Part shown: positions 56,378-64,000 of the stretch, piece by piece | How the letters are laid out: each line of letters starts with the position of its first letter | How positions within the stretch are numbered: the stretch's first letter is position 1 | Assembly: GCA_963822585.1 (NCBI GenBank) | Contig: CAWGIE010000023.1 | Coordinates: 1-64,000, forward strand | Origin: an uncultured bacterium | Lineage (GTDB): Bacteria > Auribacterota > Erginobacteria > Erginobacterales > Erginobacteraceae | Direction of reading: 5' to 3' | Length of the DNA stretch: 64,000 nucleotides | The notes under the pieces: generated by a model | Seen by the model: the letters and a program-made list of their open reading frames with translations, nothing else | Told to the model about the DNA's origin: nothing | The model's database searches: none | Program-made: the position numbers and the translations under genes

Positions 56378-56941
56378 ATGACGGACGGGACGGACAAAAA
56401 CAAGAATAATCAGCAGGAGTTTCTCTTTCATTCGCCGGACCGGAAGGATTTTCTGTCCGATCCGCCTCGTCCCGCCGACCTCGGAAACCTCCCGGTCTCG
56501 GTTTTGGAAGTAAGCGGCCGCGCGAAAAAATGGCTCCGGGCTCACAAGATCGCCGATCTGAATCAGCTGATCGAGGCGGAGAAAAAGAAAACAATTTCCC
56601 GGCAGTGTCTGGATAACCAGATCCGCAAAGAACTTCATAACGAGCTGCGGCGATACTGGACCGGGAAAAAATTCAAATATATTCTGGCTTTGAATTTCCT
56701 CGATCATGGGATCGACAAAGCTCTCGGCCGCTCGAAAGTCAGAAAGGCGCCGGTAAAAAAACTCACCCTCTCCCCCGCCCTGCAGAAGATCCTCCAGAAA
56801 AAACGGATTCAGACCATCGGGGATCTCTTCCTTCAGGAAGAACTTAAATGGCGGAACCCCCGCAATCTGGGCAACATTCTGGTCAATGAGCTCCTGATAG
56901 CGCTCAGTGTTTTCTTAACCCGGATTATTCATGAAAATTAA
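56378..56941 (+). CDS. protein with two RNA polymerase alpha-CTD-like domains
   Basis: PVSVLEVSGRA..WL....I..L.QL and PVKKLTLS......L....IQTIGDL......RNLG....NEL resemble the alpha-CTD pattern. Confidence 0.6.
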   Translation: MTDGTDKNKNNQQEFLFHSPDRKDFLSDPPRPADLGNLPVSVLEVSGRAKKWLRAHKIADLNQLIEAEKKKTISRQCLDNQIRKELHNELRRYWTGKKFKYILALNFLDHGIDKALGRSKVRKAPVKKLTLSPALQKILQKKRIQTIGDLFLQEELKWRNPRNLGNILVNELLIALSVFLTRIIHEN

Positions 56942-57022
56942 TGATCTCCATGGGTGATCCGGGGTAGGAATTATCGTTCAATTTTGTTAATCGTTGCCTT
57001 GTTCAAAACTAATCGATTATTC

Positions 57023-57907
57023 ATGACTCCTAAATGCGGGTTTGTCAGCGTGGCGGGAGAGCCCAACGTCGGGAAATCGACACTCATTAACCGCCTGATC
57101 GGGGAGGACCTGGCTATCGTCTCCCCCAAACCTCAAACCACCTGGCAGGTGGTTCGCGGCATCCTGAGCACACCACAGGGCCAGATTATCTTCGTCGATA
57201 CCCCGGGCATCCATCATTCGCGGGACGTGCTCGGGGGACACATGGTCGCCGCCGCCCGGTCGGCCATGTTTGATGCCGATCTGAATTTCTGGATGATCGA
57301 CGGTCGTAAGGATGCCGACATTTCCGGGCAGTTATTTACCGAACAGCTCCCCCATCGGATTAGCTCCTTTTTACTGATCAACAAGATCGATCTCATCCCC
57401 CGCCCCCTGCTGCTTCCCCTGATCGAACGTATCCGTGACCGTTATCCATTCAAGGAGATCGTACCCATATCCGCCCTGAAAGGGGAAAATCTTGACCGAC
57501 TCCTCGAACTGACCTGGCGGTACCTGCCGGAGGGACCGATGCTCTTTCCCCCCGACCAGCTCTCGGATCAGCCGGAGAAGGAGATCGTAAAAGAATTCAT
57601 CCGGGAGCAGGTGTTTCTTTTGACCCACCAGGAAATACCATACTCCACCGCGGTGACGATTGAAGAGATGCGGGAACAGCCGGAGAAAAAACTCTTCATC
57701 AGCGCGGTCATTCACGTGGAGCGGACTTCTCAGAGAGGAATCATTGTGGGCAAACACGGCGCGATGATCAAGCGGATCGGGATGGCGGCCCGGCGCAGAA
57801 TTGAGAGTCTGCTTGGTGTTCCGGTCTACCTGGAACTGCACGCCAAGGTGCGGGAAAACTGGCGGAGCAAGAAGAGCAGCCTCAGAGACCTGGGGTTTAA
57901 TGTATAA
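57023..57907 (+). CDS. era: GTPase Era
   Basis: GEPNVGKS, PQTT, DTPG, NKID, ISA and KH domain with QEIPYS and IVGKHG..IK.IG. Confidence 0.97.
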   Translation: MTPKCGFVSVAGEPNVGKSTLINRLIGEDLAIVSPKPQTTWQVVRGILSTPQGQIIFVDTPGIHHSRDVLGGHMVAAARSAMFDADLNFWMIDGRKDADISGQLFTEQLPHRISSFLLINKIDLIPRPLLLPLIERIRDRYPFKEIVPISALKGENLDRLLELTWRYLPEGPMLFPPDQLSDQPEKEIVKEFIREQVFLLTHQEIPYSTAVTIEEMREQPEKKLFISAVIHVERTSQRGIIVGKHGAMIKRIGMAARRRIESLLGVPVYLELHAKVRENWRSKKSSLRDLGFNV

Positions 57908-57960
57908 ATATACCTGGAAGTTATATTTCTTGGTATATATTGCACCAAGTGTCTATGCAA

Positions 57961-58212
57961 TTCAAAATCCCACATTCCAAGCATCCCAAATCCCAAACAA
58001 ATGCACAAATTCTAAACATATCTAAGTCGGAGACTATGCCTATTCTCCGAGCTGAAAATCTCTCAAACAAAAGAATTCATACCGGTTAAACTTGAGCTGC
58101 CTGAGATTGGCCAACGGGAGGGAGTTCCGGGTCATCCCGGGTGTTTGTGAATTTTGATCATTTTGAATTTGTGAATTTGTTTGTTATTTGGTGATTTGTG
58201 ATTTGGAATTTT
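57961..58212. repeat. AT-rich imperfect inverted repeat with heptamer-periodic arms and no ORF cargo
   Basis: AAAATCCC...CAAATCCCAAACAAATGCACAAATTC versus GAATTTGTGAATTTGTTTGTTATTTGG...GGAATTT. Confidence 0.65.
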
Positions 58213-58268
58213 TCCGAGAGCCGCTGGAAAGAATTGATTATTACCTGCCGCTTCAGGTCGAATCAGAA

Positions 58269-58724
58269 TTACAGCTTGTTCTGATCAGGAATAAGGCTCT
58301 CGGGGTAAGGGGGGACGAAGATCGTCTTTAATGCGCACCTGCTTGCAGCCGTCGCCCTTTCCATGCTCTCCAGATAGGGCTTGACGTGGGGATCGAGGGC
58401 GGGATCGGGGAGGAGGAAGACAATCTCCCCGATCCCGTTTTTCTTTATATAGACCGTGTTTTTCTCCACGATATCTTCCAGATCGGCCTCCTCCATCAGC
58501 TTATCATAATAAGGTATCGGCTGCCCGGCGTCGATCAGGCCGAATTTGCCGGAAAGGATGGCGAAGGGGAGGCCGGCTTCCCGGGCCAGATGCCGAACCG
58601 TGTCGATACGTTCCGATCGATACCGCCGGAAGGCGGGAAGAAGCCCTTCCGCCCGATCCTTCTCCCGGCAGCAGATGGTGGAGACCAGAGTGTTTCCCCG
58701 AGATATATGTTTATTCCCGCTCAT
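58269..58724 (-). CDS. hypothetical protein (DUF6884/YaaA-like)
   Basis: CCREK, A..RY and ILSGKFGLI....I..YD..M motifs. Confidence 0.7.
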   Translation of the reverse strand: MSGNKHISRGNTLVSTICCREKDRAEGLLPAFRRYRSERIDTVRHLAREAGLPFAILSGKFGLIDAGQPIPYYDKLMEEADLEDIVEKNTVYIKKNGIGEIVFLLPDPALDPHVKPYLESMERATAASRCALKTIFVPPYPESLIPDQNKL

Positions 58725-58744
58725 TTAGATATGAGTGTTTTTTT

Positions 58745-58826
58745 CACCACGAAGGTCACGAAGCACACGAAGGTAACGGAATAATTTACTTTATTTTAAC
58801 TTCGTGTCCTTCGTGTTCTTCGTGGT
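58745..58826. repeat. 9-mer-periodic inverted repeat pair
   Basis: CACCACGAAGGTCACGAAGCACACGAAGG ... CTTCGTGTCCTTCGTGTTCTTCGTGGT. Confidence 0.85.
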
Positions 58827-58841
58827 TTTATTTCATTGTCT

Positions 58842-60209
58842 CTAAAGGAATAATTTTATCATCAGAGTGGCGCTGGTCAGGTAGAGCGCGATCCCCAGGA
58901 CGTCGTTCAGCGTCGTGATCAGGGGACCGGAAGCGATCGCGGGGTCGATCTTCAGCTGATGAAATGTCAGGGGGATGAGAACTCCGGAGAGGGTCGAGAA
59001 AGTGACGGCCAGAAACATGGAGAGACCCACCAGCGTCCCCAGGAGAAGCGGATGGGCCTCGCCCCAGATGAATCCGATAACGGCCAGGATGGCCCCGCAG
59101 GCCAGGCCGAGCCAGAGAGCGACCTTAACCTGTTTGACCACTTCTCTCCAGAGATTGGATGACTTGAGCAACCCCAGTGCCAGCCCGCGAATGACGATGC
59201 TGGAGGACTGAAGACCGACATTGCCGCCGGTGGCGGTGATCATCGGGATAAAGGCCACCAGGGCGATGAGCCTTTTCAGCGTCGGCTCGAAGGAGCTGAT
59301 GACCAGCGCCGAGATAAAACTGCCCCCGATGCAGATCAGGAGCCAGGGAAGCCGGATCCGGGCGATCCGGAAGGGGGAGGTGACTCTGAGCTCTTCCTCA
59401 TCCGTCCCCGCCATCCGGTAGATATCCTCACTGGTCTCCTCATCGATCACATCGATCACGTCGTCGGCGGTTATCCTCCCCACCAGGGCGCCCTTTTCGT
59501 CAACGACCGGGATGACGAAGAGATCGTACTTTTTAACCAGCCGGGCGACTTCCTCCTGGTCGGTCCCGGTGGTGACGGCGGCGATAACCTGTTTCATGAT
59601 CCCGGAGAGAGGAGCGTTCGGCGGGGAGGTGAGAAGGTCCCGCAGGGGAACGATCCCCTGCAGTTTCCCCTCCTTGTCCACGACGTAGACCGAGTAGAGC
59701 GTTTCCTCGATGGTGCTGTTCCTGATCAGGCTGACCGCCTCCTCCACGGTCATCTCCCGGTCAATCGAGATCAGGTCGGTATCCATGATCCTCCCGGCGC
59801 TGTCCTCCGGGTAGGTGAGCACCTGCCTGATCTCGGAGAATTCCTGCCGGGGCAGTTCTTTCAGGACCTCCGGGGCCTTCCTCGGCTTCAGCTCGGAGAT
59901 CACCTCGGCCGCTTCCTCGGGATGCATTTCTTCCAGAATGTCCCCCAGAAAAGCGGGGGAGAGATCCCGGACCAGATCGATCCGGATGGAGGGAGGAAGG
60001 GTGTCCAGGATCTCACCGGCGGTCTTCAGGGAAAGATGCCGCATGATCTCCAGCCGGGCTTTGGGGGAGCAATCGGAGAGCCATTCCGCCACGTCCTCGG
60101 GATGAAGGGCGGAGAGTGCCTGGGTAAGCAGCCGGGTCTCCCCCTGCTCCATCAGATCGAGGAGCAATTTCCGTTTTCCGGGTGTCAGTTCTTTCGTTGC
60201 CGTTGCCAT
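58842..60209 (-). CDS. mgtE: magnesium transporter MgtE
   Basis: N-domain, YPEDSAGRIM, CBS pair, RLPWL, GGNVG.QS and DPAIASGPLITTLND motifs. Confidence 0.96.
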   Translation of the reverse strand: MATATKELTPGKRKLLLDLMEQGETRLLTQALSALHPEDVAEWLSDCSPKARLEIMRHLSLKTAGEILDTLPPSIRIDLVRDLSPAFLGDILEEMHPEEAAEVISELKPRKAPEVLKELPRQEFSEIRQVLTYPEDSAGRIMDTDLISIDREMTVEEAVSLIRNSTIEETLYSVYVVDKEGKLQGIVPLRDLLTSPPNAPLSGIMKQVIAAVTTGTDQEEVARLVKKYDLFVIPVVDEKGALVGRITADDVIDVIDEETSEDIYRMAGTDEEELRVTSPFRIARIRLPWLLICIGGSFISALVISSFEPTLKRLIALVAFIPMITATGGNVGLQSSSIVIRGLALGLLKSSNLWREVVKQVKVALWLGLACGAILAVIGFIWGEAHPLLLGTLVGLSMFLAVTFSTLSGVLIPLTFHQLKIDPAIASGPLITTLNDVLGIALYLTSATLMIKLFL

Positions 60210-60336
60210 CCTGTCAGATCCCTGAGTTATAATGCTTCGGGGGGAGATAATATTATAGTAACAGAGACAGCCCTTTTTTGATAACCTTAATTAGCGCCGA
60301 AGGCGCTAATCACTTATTTTTCCGGAGGAAAATAAT

Positions 60337-60591
60337 ATGGATAAGAGTTTAATGCAGGTGGTGATCTTCCTCGATCATTATATCGTCTACGGGATGGTCA
60401 AGCACTACGCGGGGTCATCCCTGGACTCACTTCTGGAAGTGGACCGGGACACGTTTCTGGAGATCAAAAACGCCCGGATCTTCACCGCCGGGGATTCCCG
60501 CGAACTCTATTCACTCAGCCACCTGGAAGTTAATAAGTCGCGTGTGATCATGATCTTCCTCGAAGACTCGGTGATCTCCCGGGGAGAATAG
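60337..60591 (+). CDS. small hypothetical protein (DUF6812-like)
   Basis: ATG after GGAGG; FL...NARI...L.VNK..V..I pattern. Confidence 0.65.
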   Translation: MDKSLMQVVIFLDHYIVYGMVKHYAGSSLDSLLEVDRDTFLEIKNARIFTAGDSRELYSLSHLEVNKSRVIMIFLEDSVISRGE

Positions 60592-60597
60592 AGGCAT

Positions 60598-60697
60598 GTA
60601 ATCAGTAATCGGTAACCAGTAATCAGTGACCAGGGTATAGTGCAGCGAGGCGAAACGAGGTTACCGATTACTGATAACTGATTACTGATCACTGACT
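60598..60697. repeat. 7-mer-periodic inverted repeat (GTAATCA family)
   Basis: GTAATCAGTAATCGGTAACCAGTAATCAGTGACC ... GGTTACCGATTACTGATAACTGATTACTGATCACTG. Confidence 0.85.
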
Positions 60698-60729
60698 TAT
60701 CGGGCTTCATTTTGGCAGAATCTTTGATT

Positions 60730-61398
60730 ATGGATAAAACAATTCACAAAAAATGGGCGCTGGAAATTATTCGTCTCCTCAAAATAGAATACCCGGGAGA
60801 GGGTACCGCCCTGGATTGGGGAAAGCCGCTGGAATTGCTGGTGGCCACCATCCTCTCCGCCCAGTCAACCGACAAGCAGATCAACAAAATCACCCCCGCT
60901 CTCTTCCGTAAATATCGGAGCGCCCGCGCTTACGCCCGGGCCGACCGGGAGACGTTTGAAAAGGAGATCCGTTCTTCCGGCTTCTTCCGGAACAAGGCGA
61001 AGAATATCATCGCCGCGGCACGAATGATCGATGAAGAGTACGGCGGGGCGGTTCCCGCGACCATGGATGAACTGCTGGCTCTTCCCGGGGTGGCCCGCAA
61101 GACCGCCAACATTATTCTCACCAACGGGTTCGGGATTGTGGAGGGGATCGCCGTCGATACTCACGTCAAACGGCTCTCGATCAGGCTCGGCCTGTCCGAA
61201 GAAACTAACCCTGACCGGATCGAACGGGACTTGATGGGGTTGCTCCCCCGGAAGCACTGGGGCAACGTCAACTACCTCCTGATCTCTCACGGACGATTAA
61301 TCTGCCTGGCCCGTAAACCTCGTTGCCGGGACTGTGTCCTGAACCACCGCTGCCCCTCCGTGGTAACACAGACATTCCTGTCTGTGCCGCCAAAGTAG
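60730..61398 (+). CDS. nth: endonuclease III
   Basis: LVATILSAQSTD, HhH LPGVARKTAN, AVDTHV and C-x6-C-x2-C-x5-C Fe-S motif. Confidence 0.97.
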   Translation: MDKTIHKKWALEIIRLLKIEYPGEGTALDWGKPLELLVATILSAQSTDKQINKITPALFRKYRSARAYARADRETFEKEIRSSGFFRNKAKNIIAAARMIDEEYGGAVPATMDELLALPGVARKTANIILTNGFGIVEGIAVDTHVKRLSIRLGLSEETNPDRIERDLMGLLPRKHWGNVNYLLISHGRLICLARKPRCRDCVLNHRCPSVVTQTFLSVPPK

Positions 61399-61616
61399 CA
61401 CAGACATTCCTGTCTGTGCCGCCAAGGTAACACAGACATTCCTGTCTGTGCAGCCAAGGTAACACAGACATTCCTGTCTGTGCAGCCAAAGTAACACAGA
61501 CATTCCTGTCTGTGCAGCCAAGGTAACACAGACATTCCTGTCTGTGCAGCCAAGGTAACACAGACATTCCTGTCTGTGCAGCCAAAGTAGCACAGACATT
61601 CCTGTCTGTGCAGCCA
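61363..61616 (+). repeat. REP tandem array, 8 x 32 bp
   Basis: GTA(A/G)-CACAGACA-TTCC-TGTCTGTG-C(C/A)GCCAA(A/G) units. Confidence 0.95.
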
Positions 61617-61626
61617 GTGCCCCTCC

Positions 61627-62286
61627 TTACGTATTCAGAAAAGTATCAGAGGCCTTTTCCCCAGTCTTCCCCTGATAAAGCCAGAACTTATCAGCCGACA
61701 GACGTGCCTTGATCGGATTCTCGGCGGTATATCGGATGAAGTAGTTATATTGAGCTTGACTGCGCACAATATGGTCATAGGATTCGTCCATCCACAGTGT
61801 ACCGTTGCGTCCGAGAACCCTGTTGACACCGCGGGAACTGGCGCCCTTGATGCCCTGGAGCAGATCGGAGAGGAGGTGCCCTCCGAAGGGTTCAAGAACG
61901 AGATGAACATGATTGGGCATGGTAACCCCGGCATGCAGGCGGAATCGGACACCGTTAAAACGCAGAAGACAGTTCCTCACTATCCGCCGAACATCAGGTC
62001 GCGCCAGTACGCACGCTCCGTATCCAGCATCGAGCCAGTTTTCCAGGCGTTGCCCAAAGCGATCATCATATTCCCGCCATTCCGCTTTTGTCCGGGGTTC
62101 GGGATGATTGAGCATCCAGATATCGCGCTCGGTTTTCCATGCGGACAGTTTTTCCCGCGGCAGCGAGTCGGCCAGTCGGAAGTTGATCCAGTAAACAGCA
62201 TTCTCCTTGGACCAGTGTGGTAAATTACGCCGGGTAATAGTAACGCTGCTGTTTGCGGTAACCGGCCGAGAGACTTCTGGCTGCAC
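61627..62286 (-). CDS. REP-associated tyrosine transposase (RAYT / TnpA-REP, HUH Y1)
   Basis: RRNLPHW, FRLADSLP, MPNHVH, LW.DESYDHIVR and Y..ENP motifs; REP arrays on both sides. Confidence 0.92.
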   Translation of the reverse strand: MQPEVSRPVTANSSVTITRRNLPHWSKENAVYWINFRLADSLPREKLSAWKTERDIWMLNHPEPRTKAEWREYDDRFGQRLENWLDAGYGACVLARPDVRRIVRNCLLRFNGVRFRLHAGVTMPNHVHLVLEPFGGHLLSDLLQGIKGASSRGVNRVLGRNGTLWMDESYDHIVRSQAQYNYFIRYTAENPIKARLSADKFWLYQGKTGEKASDTFLNT

Positions 62287-62492
62287 AATTGCCCCCGATT
62301 CCTAGATTACAGAGAACCTTTGCGCCAGGCTGATAAGCATTGGTTGAAGGATAATCGGCCTGACAGCAACTCAAACATTAATTCCCTCATGTTATATTAG
62401 TCGGGTTTTTTACGGTTTTTATTCCAGGAATAGTGCAGTTTTTTACTGAATCAAAAATCCCGATCCGGGAATTTCGAACCGGCATGGGCCTG

Positions 62493-62633
62493 CACAGACA
62501 GGAATGTCTGTGTTACCTTGGGCTGGGGGCGCACAGACAGGAATGTCTGTGTCACCTTGAGCTGGGGCTGCACAGACAGGAATGTCTGTGTTACCTTGGG
62601 CTGGGGGCGCACAGACAGGAATGTCTGTGTCAC
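62493..62633 (-). repeat. REP tandem array, 4 x 39 bp, opposite orientation
   Basis: CACAGACAGGAATGTCTGTG-T(T/C)AC at 62493, 62532, 62571 and 62610. Confidence 0.95.
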
Positions 62634-62635
62634 AC

Positions 62636-64000
62636 TTACCTGATGGCCGGGAGATCGCCGGAGTGGCCGAAGTAGGACCTGGTGACGCCGCGGGCGACCC
62701 AGAGGCCGTCGCGGTAGATGGCGGGTTCGAAAGTGCCGTCGCCGTTATAATCGCTCGGCACCGGGCGGTCGCCCGGTTTTCCGAAATACGTCCGGGTGAC
62801 GCCCCGGACCGCCCAGAGAGCGGAGCTGTCGCGGAAGACAGCCGCCTCGTAGCGGCCGTCCCCATTGTAATCCCCCGGCACCGGGAGATCGCCAACAGCG
62901 CCGAAATAGGCCCGGCTCACCCCCCGGATCGCCCAGAGACCATTAGCGGCCCGGAAGACGGCGATATCGTCATACCCGTCTCCGTTGTAGTCTCCCGGAT
63001 AAGAGGTAAGCCCCTCTTCCGGTGTCGGCCCCGGAATGGGCGTCGGGGCGGCGGCAGCGGAAGAGATGCTCAGTGAAAATGAACTCACCGCGGCCTTCCA
63101 GCCGTCGATGACCAGGTAATAGGTCCCGGCGGGGGCGTGCGCGATTATTATATTTTCCTCTGACGTGCCCGATTCGTAACTGGAGTCATAGACCGACGCG
63201 GTGGAAGGACCGTCACAGAGAATTAAATCGAGGTCGTCAGAGAGCCCGGTCAGATGAATGGAAAGATCACCGTTTCCGGAGGTCGTGAACCGGTAAACCA
63301 GATCGGGCCCCGTCTCACCGTTGAGCCAGCCGTTATAGACCTGGTAATCGTCGTTGAACTCGGCATTGCTCCCGCCGGTATTGTAGTTGGCGGAAATAAC
63401 GAGGGGAGATCCGAACGTGTCCCCGTTACCGCCCGGGGGCGGCGTCGGGCCAATGACCGGGGTCGGGTTGGCGACGGGAGTCGGCGCTCCGCCCCCGCCG
63501 AAGGTCACGTTGAGGGTCTGCCAGTAATGGTTGTAATCTCCCCATAAGCCGCCCTCGGAGCAGTCATAATTCATGTCCATCGCGATCCGGAAGAGGCCGT
63601 TCGGGCGGCCGCTGGTGGTCCCCCAGGAATTGAGCATGATCCAGTAGCGGTTCTGCGGGTCGTCGTCGTTGTAGCCGACGCAGAGCACGGCGTGACCGGC
63701 CGAGCCGTAGTCCGGCATCTTCCCGCAGGTCGGGTCGAAATCCCAGATCGCGGATTCCGGCTGATTGGACCAGAAGTTCTCGAAATTGACCCAGTCGGCG
63801 TTGGTGGACATGAAGAAGCCGAACCAGATCGCTTTCCCCTGGTTGAGAACGTTCTTTATGTTGTTGATGGCTGTGGTCTGCCCGACGTCCTGAGTCGGAA
63901 TGCTCGAATAAGATATGGCGGAGATGGGGTAATTGGGTGAGGTCGAGATGGCGGAGCAGGACGAGTTGCACGATCCCCCGCCGTCCTGCCAGAACGCCCC
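62636..64000 (-). CDS. papain-family (C1) peptidase with PPC-like domain and three C-terminal FG-GAP-like repeats (5' end outside window)
   Basis: GHAVLCVGY...YWIMLNSWG catalytic His/Asn motifs; DLDL...GTYYLVIDG; frame stays open to the window edge. Confidence 0.85.
   Translation of the reverse strand, partial: GAFWQDGGGSCNSSCSAISTSPNYPISAISYSSIPTQDVGQTTAINNIKNVLNQGKAIWFGFFMSTNADWVNFENFWSNQPESAIWDFDPTCGKMPDYGSAGHAVLCVGYNDDDPQNRYWIMLNSWGTTSGRPNGLFRIAMDMNYDCSEGGLWGDYNHYWQTLNVTFGGGGAPTPVANPTPVIGPTPPPGGNGDTFGSPLVISANYNTGGSNAEFNDDYQVYNGWLNGETGPDLVYRFTTSGNGDLSIHLTGLSDDLDLILCDGPSTASVYDSSYESGTSEENIIIAHAPAGTYYLVIDGWKAAVSSFSLSISSAAAAPTPIPGPTPEEGLTSYPGDYNGDGYDDIAVFRAANGLWAIRGVSRAYFGAVGDLPVPGDYNGDGRYEAAVFRDSSALWAVRGVTRTYFGKPGDRPVPSDYNGDGTFEPAIYRDGLWVARGVTRSYFGHSGDLPAIR

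Noticed and set aside
61268..61599. Repetitive peptide ORFs (AQTGMSVL / HRQECLCY), also at 62433-62675
   Set aside because: Translations of the REP arrays.
61363..61616. CRISPR array
   Set aside because: The 12-bp inter-palindrome segments are nearly identical rather than unique spacers, no cas genes are present, and a RAYT is adjacent.

Overview
High-GC bacterial window with AT-rich, repeat-laden intergenic DNA. The host is probably an anaerobe. A PVC-related candidate lineage such as Ca. Auribacterota is my low-confidence guess from protein family content. Housekeeping genes are ispE, hisG, era, nth, mgtE and wrbA. There are two surface-glycosylation clusters (GT2/GT4, DUF2304, a GT-C-type membrane enzyme and a flippase), two secreted papain-fold proteases sharing a C-terminal 40-aa repeat module, and two different glutamate dehydrogenases in tandem. 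Highlights: (1) the mercury-methylation genes hgcA/hgcB are the distal genes of a co-oriented run csoR-cusC-cusB-cusA-rseC-like-PII-like-hgcA-hgcB, whose sigma70 promoter carries a CsoR-type operator, suggesting copper-responsive control of hgcAB. (2) Three divergent paralogues of an archaeal-type (COG1665-like) nucleotidyltransferase lie beside a glycosylation operon. (3) Many inverted-repeat elements have arms built from 7-, 8- or 9-mer tandem units; one encloses a four-helix-bundle (23S-IVS family) gene, and many overlap gene ends. (4) A RAYT transposase is flanked by REP arrays. No rRNA, tRNA or CRISPR array was recognised. All family assignments come from motif recognition by eye, not database searches.
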